From Octopus sinensis (Eukaryota), in NCBI RefSeq assembly GCF_006345805.1, contig NC_043000.1, forward strand, positions 114,266,001 to 114,330,000: a stretch of 64,000 nt of DNA, read 5' to 3'. Positions 1 through 12,642 of this stretch are shown here, piece after piece. The first letter of the stretch is position 1; every line of letters begins with the position of its first letter. A program made the translations under genes and the position numbers. Under the pieces are notes generated by a model, which was given only the letters and a program-made list of their open reading frames with translations, had not been told where the DNA came from and did no database searches.

Positions 1-313
1 ATAGCTTAGGCAACATTTTCAAATATGTCTTTCATTTCCTAAGAGGTTATAATGTAATTTGAGGGAGGAAATTTGTCTGCTATTTCTAACAAGTCAACCA
101 TCTTGGTTTAGATTCCCTCTTTGATTTATGGCATTGGTAATTAAGCTTTGGTTTAACCCCATCAGCCCAAAATTGACCCACCAGATCTTAGAACCAATGG
201 CACAGCCTCTATACAGCTGCCTGACACTATGAAGAAATAGCAACCAAATATTCCTCAAACCACACACCTACAGGTTAAAAGAGGAAGTTGACATATATTC
301 AAGATAATGGAAA

Positions 314-600
314 CATCATCATCATCAGTTAATGTCCGTTTTCCATGCTGGCATGGATTGGATGGTTCGACTCCAGTCTGGAGAGCCAGCAACTGCACCA
401 GGCTCCAATCTGATCTGGCATTGTTTCTACAGCTGGATGCCTTTCTTAACGCCAACCACTCAGAGTGTAGTGGGTGCTTTTTACATGCCACCAGCACAGG
501 AGCCAGTCAGGCAGCCCTGGCATCAACCATGTTTGGATAATGCTTTTTACATGCCACTGGAGCAGGAGCCAGTCAGGGAGAACTGGCATTGGCCATGTTC
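314..600 (-). mobile_element. Family A repeat (RTE-LINE-tail SINE-like element, (GAT)n tail)
   Basis: catcatcatc-gttaatgtccgttttccatgctggcatgg...cagctggatgcc...aacgccaaccactc; the same motif recurs at least 15 times in the window. Confidence 0.8.
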
Positions 601-950
601 AAGGGAGCCAGGATATATTACATCCCAAACAAAGACAGAATGGCCATGGCTGAAGAATCGAATCATAACAAGCCTACAATTAAAAACACCAACAACAAAA
701 ACGCATGATCAAAGATGTTCAAGCCAACAACATTTATTATATAAACATAGCACACCTAGGGCTACATTATCTAATGTGACTAACCACTTTTGAAAAAGAT
801 TTGGCTGCTGTTTCTAGCAGGGCTAGTGACCATGTAAAGTCTCTGCTGTCAGCTTCAATATGAAAAACTACTTGATTGAGGCAACAGACTGACAATAAAC
901 CAAAACAACATCAGCAATTCACATTTTCTCATTTATATATACATATACAT

Positions 951-1016
951 CAGTGATTCCCAACCTGGGGTCCGCAAAGGGAAAACTCTTTTAAATAAAA
1001 AGGTTGGGAACCACTG
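951..1016. mobile_element. 66-bp hAT/Charlie-like miniature element
   Basis: TIRs cagtgattcccaacct / aggttgggaaccactg (15 of 16 match); no clear 8-bp TSD. Confidence 0.6.
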
Positions 1017-1528
1017 GTGTGTATATATATATATTTGAGAAATGAGAGAAATATGGATGGATGGATGGATAGATAGATAAGATATAGAAAGATAGAGAGA
1101 TATAAATAGAGAGATATAGATAGAGAGCATATGTTAAGTTACAGATACCAGAAAACTGGTAGAAAATATTTTTAAAACTTTCAAAGATGTGAACGTAATA
1201 TAAAAAGCAAGAGAGAGATAGATATACATATAGATAGAAAGATATGTTATAGAGAGGTATAGATAGAGAGATGTGTTGTGTCATTGACGCTAGAAAACCG
1301 GAAGTAAATATTTAAAAATATTTCAAAGACATGACTGTAACATAAAAAGCAATATTTTTTATTTTTAATTAAAAAAAATCAAATGAAGAGCCTATTATTT
1401 GTCCGAAATGCATCACGAGTATGGAAACAATAGATGAAGCCGTTTTCTTGTGGAAAGCGAATACACACATACCTCTATTTTATATATTAGATACGTCTCA
1501 CCATCATTTAACACCCATCTTTTATCAT

Positions 1529-1900
1529 ACACACACACATATAAAGATACAACACATATGTATATAAATACATAGATGATTTACATGCATGTATGCATAC
1601 ATGTATATAAGCATACATAGATATAAATTGATTTGTGTTTTTTTTTTTAATTTTCATTTTAAGATAACATATTATATGTATAAACATACCTCTGCATAAG
1701 GAGTAAGTAAGCACTTACTCCTTATGCAGAGATATTTTATATGTATAATACATTATGTTATAATAAAAAAAAAACACAAATCAATTTATATGTATGTATG
1801 CATATATGTACATATGCTTATATGCATGTATGCATACATGCATGTAAGTCAGCAGCTATGTATTTATACAGATATATGTTGCATCTTTATATGTGTGTAT
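1529..1900. repeat. ~370-bp imperfect fold-back inverted repeat
   Basis: Perfect 18-bp core stem 1690-1707 / 1714-1731 (ctctgcataaggagtaag / cttactccttatgcagag). Outer arms also pair, e.g. ataaattgatttgtgttttttttt / aaaaaaaaacacaaatcaatttat. Confidence 0.8.
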
Positions 1901-1904
1901 ATGT

Positions 1905-2026
1905 CTGCCAGATCAAGATTTGAGCCTGGTGTGGCCGTCTGGTTCACCAGCCCTCAGTCAAAATCATTCAACCCATGCAGGCATGGAAGGCGGACGTTAA
2001 ACGATGATGATGATGATGATGATGAT
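1905..2026 (+). mobile_element. Family A 3' fragment
   Basis: ...gcatggaaggcggacgttaaacgatgatgatgat tail. Confidence 0.8.
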
Positions 2027-2809
2027 ACGTACGTATAATATTAATATCTGTAAATATAAAACCATCCAGATTTCTGAGTACCTTATTTCTTTTAATATAT
2101 AATACCTGTACATCATCTCAAAACCTAATATACATAGGCATATACACACACACACACACACATACATAAATAAATAAATAAAAACATGCATATATACACA
2201 CACACACACACATACACATACATAACCTGACCATGTATGAGGCTGATGGAAGCAGTGATGTCTTCTTGCGTGAGTACATTGGATGGCTATCTTCCAATTC
2301 TAACCAATAACCCACAGGTTTCTGGCAGCAGGTGTCTCTGGAATTACTGACCTCCCAGTGAGATACAAACAGAACAACAGTCAATGGTTCCATCTACAGC
2401 AATACTGAGGGGGCAGGGGTGAGATGGGAGGGGCATCACATATAGTTTGTAATGCCACAGAGTTACAAGGTTTTACTACAAGGAAGAGGAGTTAACAAGT
2501 TCAAAGAGAACTGGGTGTTGGTGCGGTGGAGGGGTACACAAACTGATGGAGGAGGGGGAGGAGGTGGAGGAGGAACATGGAGTGAAACTTCAAATATTGG
2601 AACAGGCGACAATGAGGATGGGGATATTTGAACAAGGGGGTCGGGAGTGGTGAATAAAAGATCAAAGCTCAAGTGAAGAGTTAGATGTGTGTGTATGCGC
2701 GCGCGCACATGTGCATATTGATGAGTACACACACATACAGCAGAGAAAGGTAAGAGATGTCATAAAATTAGGATAGTGGTAGTAACTATAATAAAGAAAA
2801 TATTGCAGA

Positions 2810-2843
2810 AGGTGGTGGTGGTGGTGGTGGTGGTAGTAGAAGT

Positions 2844-2884
<41 letters not shown>

Positions 2885-2890
2885 TGGATG
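2810..2890. repeat. Compound trinucleotide microsatellite (GTG)n(GTA)(GCA)n(GTA)n
   Basis: Seen directly; explains the poly-V/poly-A ORF at 2776. Confidence 0.9.
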
Positions 2891-3790
2891 ATGGTAGTGG
2901 TAATGTAAAACAAGAGATGATAACAGACAAAAAAATGGTTTGGTTAGTGGGTGGGAGGGTGGAATTTAGGAACCTTGAAGTCAACAAGGACTGGTGCTGG
3001 GGGGAGGGTCACAATTCTACTTGCTGCTTAGAAAGAAACCTTCAGGAAAAAAAAAAAGAAAAGAATATCTCACCTCCTCCTCCTCCTCCTCCACAATCCT
3101 TGTTATCTTTATCAACATCACCATCTCCACCAGCTTCCTACAATGACCAACAACAGCCCCACCACCACCACCACCATCATCAATACCAATACTAGAGAGG
3201 TACTGTTACCATGGCCTCACAACCACCCTCCTCTATCCTGCTACCACTGCCAATAACAATAAACCCTCCCCCAGTTTGACATTAATAGAATCTGTTTTAA
3301 ATATTGAGATTGTCCTTTGATGTGATTCTCACATCAAAAGCCTGTTAAATCAGTTGATGAAAGGAATGGCACTCTAGCCGGGTAGGGGTAGATGCATCAC
3401 AGAGTGCAACAGCTCTTTAATACGCTTTACTATAACACCATCCACCTCCGATGCCTCTCCACACATACACACAAGCATTCACTGGTGATGAGAGAGAGAG
3501 TAAGGAATGATACAGAAACAGTGTGGATTGAACTACAGGGTGAGAAATAACATATTGAGATGGAGGGGGAATTGAAGGAAGTGGAAGCCGGAGACAAGAA
3601 AAAAAAATTTTTGGAAACACCAATATGTAATTTGTAGTGTCTGATGAACATTTGAAGGTAAAAATTAGTTTTAGCAGTTCTAAGGGGAATATTAAATAGC
3701 AATGGAGAAGCTAAGTGGTAGATAGAAATTAGGGCAAGAGAGAGAGGGAGAGAGAGATGGATTGATTTGGGAAAGCAGATACACATGCAC

Positions 3791-3847
<57 letters not shown>

Positions 3848-3849
<2 letters not shown>

Positions 3850-4200
3850 TTTTTTCTTTTATTTGTTTCAGTCATTTGACTGCAGCCATGCTGGAGCACC
3901 ACCTTTAGTCGAACAAATCGACCTCAGGATTTATTTTTTGTAAGCCTAGTATTTATTCTATCAGTGTCTTTTGCTGAACCACTAAGTTACGGGGACGTAA
4001 ACACAGCAACATTGGTTGTCAAGCAATGGTGAGGGGGGGGGATACAGACACACAAACATACATACATACACACACACACACATATATTATATATATATGA
4101 CAGGCTTCTTTCAGACACTTGCCCAAGGTGCCATGCAGTGGGACTGAACCTGGAACCATGTGGTTGGGAAGCAAGCTACTTGCAACACAGCCACTCTAGC
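3848..4200 (-). mobile_element. Family B tRNA-derived SINE (possibly octopus OR/CORE-type)
   Basis: Reverse complement of gagtggctgtgtggtaag...ggttcagtcccactgc..ggcaccttgggcaagtgtc...cagcatggc..cagtcaaatgactgaaac, with A/B-box-like head and internal (TA/CA)n. Confidence 0.85.
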
Positions 4201-4209
4201 GCCTATCGT

Positions 4210-4460
4210 ATGTTTTTTGCCGAACTACTAACTTATGAGGACATAAGCATACCAACAACAGTCATTAAGTAGTGGTGGTGGTGATGGGGGAGGGACAAAC
4301 ACAGACAGACACATTTCTTTCAGTTTCCATCTACCAAATCCACACCCAAGGCTTTGATCAGCCTGAGGCTATAGTAGAAGACACTTGTCAAAAGGTGCCA
4401 CGCAGTGGGACTGAACCCGGAACCATGTGGTTGGGAAGCAAGCTTCTTACCACACAACTG
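4210..4460 (-). mobile_element. Family B SINE, partial
   Basis: tttcagtttccatctaccaaatccac...ggtgccacgcagtgggactgaacccggaaccatgtgg. Confidence 0.8.
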
Positions 4461-4887
4461 CACCTACACACACCCATTGATAAATGAACAGATAGGAAGG
4501 CAGATACACAGGTAATGACTAGAACAAGTTACTCTTATTGAGAAGAATTCAATACTACCACAGCATGTCCTGAAAGTACTACAATGTAATTGGAATAATT
4601 AACAACAGCTTCCAGGTAAATTATATAGGGTAAAGTAGCCTTGACAATGAGAACAAGTAGATAGAAGCATTTCAAGGAATTGAACAGTCGATGATAACAC
4701 CATGTTGAGGTGTATTATTTGAAGCGCCATTGGCACCAGAAATTGATCAGGTAATCAACCAAATTGAATATCTTTACCCATGTAGCTGCTCAATCAGGTC
4801 TGACATATGGTTATGGCTGGAAATCTTTAATCATAAATCTTCAAGCAGGTTGACCTGCAGGAATTAGACCAAAAATAAGCTGTGTAT

Positions 4888-5262
4888 CAGTGGTTCTCAA
4901 TCACTGTTTTGCTTATGGACACCCTTCGATTCCTCAGGTGGACCCTCATAACCATTCCATATTTTTATAACTAACAAATTCCACCGAGGTCAACTTTGCC
5001 TTCCATCCTTTCCAGGTTGAAAAAATTAAGTACCAGTTGCATACTGGGGTCAATCTAATTGACTGGTCCCTTCCCCAAAACTTTCAGGCCTTGTACCTAA
5101 GATATTTTTATAACTAAATATTGCAAGGAATTGCATTAAGGAATTTAAATATTTTGTGCATTGTAGAAGTGTAATTGTGATTTATTGCAGATAGTCTTGA
5201 ACAACAAAATCCATATGACCCCTAGGGGTCCATATGGAATGGATCCCTAGTTAAGAACCCAC
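4888..5262. mobile_element. hAT-like MITE with a nested family C SINE fragment (~4975-5100)
   Basis: Ends cagtggttctcaa / gttaagaacccac; internal palindrome acccctaggggt; interior similar to 24309-24534. Confidence 0.5.
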
Positions 5263-6060
5263 CAATGTCTATACATTAACCTCTTTTGGCAGCAGTTAGA
5301 GCTGATGTTGCTAAAATGCAATCGGGACTTCTCAACAACATTTTTAATTCAGTAAAAGCAATTAAAATAAAAAACACTACTGCACCCCCACCTCTCACTC
5401 CCCCTGTATCTCCACCCCACATCCTTCCACTCACTTTTTTTTACTATCTCTTCCACCCTACCCACCTCCATCTTTATCTCTCATTTCTTTCTCTTCAACC
5501 AGCAATCAACTCACTCTTATCACCTCCCACCCTGCTGGTTCTACCTGATCTTCTCTCTCTCTCTCTCTCTCTTACTCTCTCCACCCTTCCTTCCTACTAC
5601 ACTACCTAACCCTCCGCCCTAATACCAACACCCCCTCAGAAGACCTTGACAGGAGGAGGAGGATATCACCTGCAAGTAAACCCCTCCGAACACCCCCAAC
5701 CACCACCACCACCATCACTGATGAACAGCAGGTGCAGGTGGAATAGTACTTCTACTACCACCACTACCATTATCTACTTCCCCACCACCACCATCATTTA
5801 CAGTCCCTATTACAAACCAATGCTGGAGTTCTCACATGGTCAGTCGCCCTGCTAGAAATAGCAATTAAATCTCCCTTCACTCTTATCCTCCAGTCATAAA
5901 TAAGGAGAGGACGACACACTGATTAGTGTAGCCCTAGATAGACATACTGTATCCATTACTACAAGACAGGGTGGTCATAGCTGGAATGTCTTTGATCATG
6001 CATCTGCTTGGGCAGAGCAGATACTTGGGGCTATACAGCAACTGTTGCCTTTAATGCTGC

Positions 6061-6220
6061 CACCACCACCACCACTATCTACTACAGCATCTACTAACAC
6101 CACCCCCACCACCACTATCTACTACAGCATCTACTAACACCACCCCCACCACCACTATCTACTACAGCATCTACTAACACCACCCCCACCACCACTATCT
6201 ACTACAGCATCTACTACCAC
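6061..6220. repeat. 40-bp minisatellite, 4 near-perfect copies
   Basis: Unit cacc(c)ccaccaccactatctactacagcatctactaacac at 6061, 6101, 6141 and 6181. Confidence 0.95.
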
Positions 6221-6823
6221 CAAAACTACTACTACTACTACTACAACCACCACTTATATTATCATATAACAATCCCCACCACACATAGTTGCTGCTGGCA
6301 CCCTGAGGGAGGAGGTGGGGAGAAAACGTACACAGACATGTAGAGAGAGAAAGAGAGAGATATAGACAGACAGAGACAGCAATATACATAGAAATATGCA
6401 TGGAGAGATAGAGCTAGATACATACACATGTAGAGAGAGAGGAGGTACCCAGTATACATGGTAGAGAGCTACACAGATACACATGGTAAGAGCAGCATAA
6501 ACACATGGAGAAGGAGAGGAAGAGAGAGAGGGAGAAAGAGAAAAGGGGAGTAAAGCCACCATATTATATATACTCTGTCTAATCAGCCACACTTCACCTG
6601 GATCTCAGTGGAATTTTAAGTTACCTCGCATCCCTCTACTCCCCACTTTAATTCTTTGTTCTATTATACAAACATGCGCATGCACACACTGAGGAATGAA
6701 GATAGTCACAAGCACCTCAAACGCTTTCCTCCACCTCTAGATCACACACATTGATGTGCAGACAAAACTTTACGTACACATACACACACAATTTATGGAA
6801 ATACATCGTACACTTCACAGATG

Positions 6824-6995
6824 CATTATCATCGTTTAACGTCCGCTTTCCATGCTAGCATGGGTTGGACGATTTTCACTGAGGGCTGGCAAACCAGATG
6901 GCTGCACCAGACTCCAATCTTAATTTGGCAGAGTTTCTACAGCTGGATGCCCTTCCTAACGCCAACCACTCCGAGAGTGTAGTGGGTGCTTTTTA
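6824..6995 (-). mobile_element. Family A repeat
   Basis: catcgtttaacgtccgctttccatgctagcatgggttggacg...gagagtgtagtgggtgcttttt. Confidence 0.85.
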
Positions 6996-7264
6996 TGCAA
7001 GGCATGCATGTTGTAAATACACATTGCAGATATCACAGCCACATGCAGATTGACACAAACACATACAGTAAGGTTATAGAAATGCTAACCAACAGTGACT
7101 TTCAAATGCACATGCATGCACACACACACACACCACACACACACACACACACACCACACACACACAAAAAAAAAAAAAAGCAATGCTCAAGTATGACCTT
7201 TGCCAGCAAAGTTAAAAACTTAACTAAAGACCATAGAAATATATACTTAACACACTTTCATGAA

Positions 7265-7590
7265 TGTGTGGTAAGAAGCTTGCTTCACAACCACTTGGTT
7301 CCGGGTTCAGTGCCTTCAACTTCAACTTGGGTAAGTGCCTTCAACTACAGCCCTGAGCAGACCAAACACCTTGGAAGTGGATTTGGAAGACGGAAACTGA
7401 AAGAAGCTTATTGTGTGTTGGTATGTTTGCATTTCAGTAATTTAGTAGTTCAGCAAAACAGACTAATAAAACAAGTACTTGGCTTTAGGAGGGGGGGGGG
7501 AGTAGCACTAGGGTCAATTCTTTTGACTAAGATTTTTCAAGATGGTGCCCCAGCATGGCCACAGTCTAATGACTGACACAAGTAGAAGAT
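7265..7590 (+). mobile_element. Family B SINE, degenerate
   Basis: tgtgtggtaagaagcttgctt...ggttccgggttcag...cagcatggccacagtctaatgactg. Confidence 0.75.
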
Positions 7591-7614
7591 AAAATATACA
7601 AAATTTTGGGGGTG

Positions 7615-7775
7615 AGGGCCAGTTGATTAGATCAACCCAAGTACACAAATGGTACTTAATTATTGACCCTGAAAAGGAAGAAAGACGAAGTTGGCCTCGG
7701 CGAAATTTGAACTCAGAACATAAAGACAGACAAAATACCGCTAAGCATTTCGCCGGCATGCTGTTTCTACCAGCT
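7615..7775 (-). mobile_element. Family C tRNA-derived SINE (central part resembles the MetaSINE domain as recalled)
   Basis: Reverse complement of gctggtagaaacagcatgccggcgaaatgcttagcggtattt...gagttcaaatt.cgccgagg..aacttcg. Confidence 0.75.
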
Positions 7776-8114
7776 TGCCACCTTAAATATATGAATATTT
7801 TTGTATGTATGTATATATATATTACCAGAGAAATACATCGAGACCAACGGAGAGATAGATACACAAACACACACACACACACAGCATTCCATAGACAAAT
7901 TCACTTATATTCACACAGAAACATATCAGAACTACACAGAGATACACACACACTCACACACAAACATATATGCCTATACAAACACATTCAGAACTTACAG
8001 AGAGATAAACACATGCACAAGAAATGGATTATAAATGAACACAGACACTAATCCAAACACCCCCACCCCGTTATACACACACACACACACACAAAGCAAT
8101 GTACACACAAACCC

Positions 8115-8202
8115 ATGATGAGGGCAAAGAATTAACAGAATCCTAGCTACACAAATATATGATGAGGGCAAAGAATTAACAGAATCCTAGCTACACAAAT
8201 AT
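8115..8202. repeat. 44-bp perfect tandem duplication
   Basis: atgatgagggcaaagaattaacagaatcctagctacacaaatat at 8115 and 8159. Confidence 0.95.
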
Positions 8203-9021
8203 ACACAACATACATGTATGGTTAATCACACATACACACTCACATGCATACATGCATGCATGCACACACTAACCACACATACACAGCAAATAATATATAC
8301 GCGGAAATCCAACACGTATGCATCTGCAACACCCATACACATTCTCCCTACCCACCCTCTCTCTCTCTAACCAAACACACAAATTCAACTTTACATAACA
8401 CATATATATATACACGCTTGATGTTCAAACACAAAACCTGCACGGAAAGCAGACAACCCAAACACACTCATATAAATACATTCCCCTAACACAAGCACAC
8501 ACATGCATAAAACCTAGACATACAAGCACAGAGAAATCCACCCTATTATCCACTACACATCATAATTCTTCAAACCAACTTCACACACACACACTTTATG
8601 CCAATATATCTTCCTCTCATCTCAAAACTATTTTCCAAGTTCCTCTCTGGTTCGAAGGTGAGTTACAAGCATAGCAACATGGGAGAGGATTGTGATTCAA
8701 TACCAGCTCCAACTCCAGTCCCCCTCTCTCTCGAGGTTACTTCAACATAGAGGGAGAAAGACAGACAGACAGACAGACAGACAGAAGAGAGAAGATGGTT
8801 GTTCAATACCAGCTCTTACTCAACTGTTTACCTTCTATCAATTTACATGCATGCGTTTGAGTGGAGGGCAATATGCCAACATGTCGCTCTTGGTAACTAA
8901 AGCCACATGAATACGATAGGCAGATGTATTAACCTTTGACAAGCTGGAACGGAATATGGGGATGATGAATGCAGTTATTCTAAATACACACACCTTCATA
9001 GACATATATATATATATATGT

Positions 9022-9272
9022 GTGGAGGTGCGTGGCTTAATGGTTAGGGTGTCAGCATCATGATCGTAAGATTGTGGTTTCGATTCGTGGACTGGGTAAT
9101 GCGTTGTGTTCTTGAGCAAAACACTTCATTTCACGTTGCTCCAGTCCACACAGCTGGCAAAAATGAGTAACGCTGTGATGGACTGACATCCCATCCAGCT
9201 GGGGAACACATATGCCATTGAAACCGGGAAACCGGGCCCATGAGCCTGGCTAGGCTTTAAAAGGACGCATTA
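9022..9272 (+). mobile_element. Family D tRNA-derived SINE (CORE-like centre)
   Basis: ggaggtgcgtggcttaatggttaggg (A box) ...ggtttcgattcg (B box)...ttgagcaaaacacttcatttcacgttgctccagtccac...ctttaaaaggacgcat; very similar copy at 30377. Confidence 0.85.
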
Positions 9273-9304
9273 ATATTTATTATATATATATGTAAATATA
9301 TATA

Positions 9305-9680
9305 TTTCTTTTATTCTTTGACTTGTTTCAATCATTTGACTGCAGCCACGCTGGAGCACCACCTTTAGTCAAACAAATCGACCCCAGTACTTATTCTTTG
9401 TGAGCCTGGTACTTATCCTACCAGTCCCTTTTGCCCGAACCGCTAAGTTATCGGGGTGTAAAAACACCAACATCGGTTGTCAAACAATGATGGGGGAGGG
9501 AACAAACAAACACACATATGATGGGCTTCTTTCAGTTTCCGTCTACCAAATCCACTCACAAGGCTTTGGTCAGCCTTAGGCTATAGTAGAAGACACTTGC
9601 CCAAGGTGCCACTCAGTGGTGCTGAGCCTGGAACCATGTGATTGGTAAAAAAGCTACTTGCCACACAGCCATGCTTGCGC
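9305..9680 (-). mobile_element. Family B SINE
   Basis: Near full-length match to the other family B copies. Confidence 0.85.
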
Positions 9681-9846
9681 TTATATATATAAATATACAT
9701 ACACACAAACATGCATACATACAGACAAACAGACAGATAAAGTAAAACTAAAACAAAATAAATTGTTCATAAGCTATCTGACTAATGCCTCATCACTCAT
9801 GGAAAAGTAGTCAAGTCTCATATTTTATATATATATATATTATACA

Positions 9847-10120
9847 GGAGTGGCTGTGTGGTAAAATGCTTGCTTACCAACCACATGGATCCGGGTTCAA
9901 TTCCACTTGGGTAAGTGCCTTCTACTATAACCTCGGACTGACCAAAGCCTTGTGGGTGGATTTGGTAGACAGAAACTGAAAGAAGCATGCCATATATGTG
10001 TGTGTGAGTGTGTGTCTACATGTTTTTGTTCCCCCAACATCGCTTGACAACCGATGCTAGAGTGTTTATGTTTCCGTAACTTAGTGGTTCAGCGAAAGAG
10101 ACCAATAGAATAGTACTAGG
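9847..10120 (+). mobile_element. Family B SINE
   Basis: ggagtggctgtgtggtaaaatgcttgcttaccaaccacatgg...gagaccaatagaatagtactagg. Confidence 0.85.
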
Positions 10121-10300
10121 TGTGTGTGTGTCCAAAGTCTCATACAAAAGAACTCAATCCAAAAGCAGAGAACATGGGGTGAAACTGAAATGATTACATC
10201 ATGGTAGAGTAATGACCGTCAGTTGATGCTTACACACTTTTAATTTGGTGAGAAAAGTATCGAGCCTATTTCACCTGTTTAGTGATAGCATTACAGCACT

Positions 10301-10686
10301 TATTTCTTTACTACCCACAAGGGGCTAAACACAGAAGGGACAAACAAGGATAGATAAATGGATTAAGTTGATTATATCGACCCCAGTGCGTAACTGGTAC
10401 TTATTTAACTGACCCCAGTGCATAACTGGTACTTATTTAATCGACCCCGAAAGGATGAAAGGCAAAGTCGACCTCGGCGGAATTTGAACTCAAATCATAA
10501 AGGCAGACGAAATACCTATTTCTTTACTACCCACAAGGGGCTAAACACAGAGGGGACAAACAAAGACAGACAAACGGATTAAGTCGATTACATCGACCCC
10601 AGTGCATAACTGGTATATATTTAATCGACCCCGAAAGGATGAAAGGCAAAGTCGACCTGGCGTGCTAATGTTTCTGCCAGCTCGCC
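10301..10686 (-). mobile_element. Dimeric family C SINE with 13-bp TSD
   Basis: gcattacagcact at 10288-10300 and 10687-10699 flanks two tandem bodies joined at aaagaaata|ggtatttcgtc. Confidence 0.85.
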
Positions 10687-10974
10687 GCATTACAGCACTG
10701 CATTTTGAAAAAAAGGCAGTGTCGAGGGGGGGGGGGGTGAGAGAGAGAGAGAGACACACACACACAGACAGACAGTGGGAGGAAGAGTTTGATAAGGAAA
10801 GCTAGAAATATATATTTGCTTTCCATTATCTGTAAATGAACACTTAGCAATTTAGAAAAACTATTTTCAGCCAAACAGATTTAACTTAATAACCTATACC
10901 CCACAATATCCACCATATTAATAACATGGCTGCTCTCTGTAGCAAAAATGACAGACACTACACCATATTATAAA

Positions 10975-11157
10975 TAGCAACCCTTTCATTCAAAATAGCT
11001 TAGCAGCCCTTCATATCAAACGTAACTTAGCAACCCTCAATAGTAATATAGTACGGCAACACTCCATTATCAAAACTGACAGAGCAGTCTTCCATATTTC
11101 ATATAACAGACTATTCTTCCATATTTAATACAATACACTGGTCTTCCATATTTAATG
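10975..11157. repeat. Degenerate ~27-bp minisatellite
   Basis: Units such as agcaaccctttcattc.., agcagcccttcatatc.., agcagtcttccatattt.. and actggtcttccatattt at 26-28-bp spacing. Confidence 0.6.
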
Positions 11158-11439
11158 AGCATCTGTCCATAATAAAAATAGTAAACTGATCCTCCTCCAG
11201 AGTGAAAACGGATTTGCTTCATAAATTATGAACTCAGTAATAATTAATCGATCAGAAGGGAAAGTCCTCTGTGGACTAACGACAGTTGGGATACTTTAGG
11301 GGAATAAAGCCTTTTGAGAAAAATGAGGAAACAAATGTAAAAATTATTTTAAGTTTGCTCAGATGTTATATATTTGTCAGATAATGATGGGACTGAATGT
11401 AATTAACATTTCATATTTGATAACAACCTGGTTTATCAA

Positions 11440-11800
11440 GGAGTGGCTGTGTGGTAAGTGGCTTGCTTACCAACCACATGGTTCTGGGTTCAGTCCCACT
11501 GTGTGGTACCTTGGGCTGGTGTCTTCTACTATAGCCTCAGGCCAACCAAAGCCTTGAGTGGATTTGGTAGACGGAAACTGAAAGAAGCCCGTTGTATATA
11601 TGTATATATATATGTGTGTGTTTGTGTGTGCGTGTTTGTGTGTCTGTGTTTGTCCCCCCAACATCGCTTGTTTACATGCCTGTAAATTAGCGGTTCGGCA
11701 AAAAGACACCGATAGAATAAGTCCTGGGGTCGATTTGCTCGACTAAAGGCGGTGCTCCAGCATGACTACAGTCAAATGACTGAAACAACTAAAAAGAGTA
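11440..11800 (+). mobile_element. Family B SINE
   Basis: Head through aaaaagagtaaa tail, near full length. Confidence 0.85.
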
Positions 11801-12339
11801 AAGTGCTGAGAAGCCAAACAACAGGATCAACATCAGCAGCACTGGCAATTGATTATCATTAAATATCAATACAACCACCTCCAACACTATCTTGTGGGAG
11901 ATGGTCATATGCGACCATCCATGAAAGAAACCATCCAATGAGGACTGCACCAGCTTAGTGAGCATTGCTGTCATGGTACACTACTGTCTGAAAATAATAC
12001 TCAAATGTAACTAAATTTTGTTCTTAAGAAGTTAGTGAAGGAAGCAGGAGTTTGCTGTAGCCCAGTGGTTCTCAAACTTATTCAGACTGCCACCCACCTG
12101 ACCCCCAGGCCACATTCCTAGCACCCCCACCCCAACTAACCAGTATAAACACAGACCTCTTTCTGAAGTGAATTCAAAGCAACTGTATTTCACAAATATA
12201 ACTTAACCTGACAAACCCATTATTTTAGTTGTTTTTACATGAATTGCAACTCCATTATCGCCCCACTTTTTACAAGAATCACTACCCCATTATCACCCCA
12301 CTTTTCTTCAATGCTCCCTAGGAACATATATATATTCAA

Positions 12340-12642
12340 CAGGCTTCTTTCAGTTTCCATTTACCAAATCCACTCACAAGGCTTTGGTCAGCCTATGGCT
12401 AGAGTAGGGTAGACTTGCCCAAGGTGCCACACAGTGGGACTGAACTAACCATGTGGTTGGGAAGTGAGCTTCTTACCACACAGCCACACCTGCACCTATA
12501 GCCATGCCTACAATAGGCTTCTTTCAGTTTCCATCTACCAAATCCACTCACAAGGCTTTGATCAGCCCAAGGTGCATGCTGTGGGACTGAACCCAGAACC
12601 ATGTGGTTGGGAATCAAATTTCTTACCACACAGCCATGCCTG
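12340..12642 (-). mobile_element. Two tandem 5' halves of family B SINE
   Basis: caggcttctttcagtttcc...cttaccacacagcc occurs twice (about 12340 and 12515). Confidence 0.75.

Noticed and set aside
2776-3195. 139-aa ORF with poly-V, poly-A, poly-P and poly-H
   Set aside because: A chain of trinucleotide microsatellites with no domain signal and no splice support.
3316-3338. 10-3-10 palindrome tttgatgtga-ttc-tcacatcaaa with TCF/LEF-like sites
   Set aside because: A short AT-rich dyad that could arise by chance in 64 kb; no supporting context.
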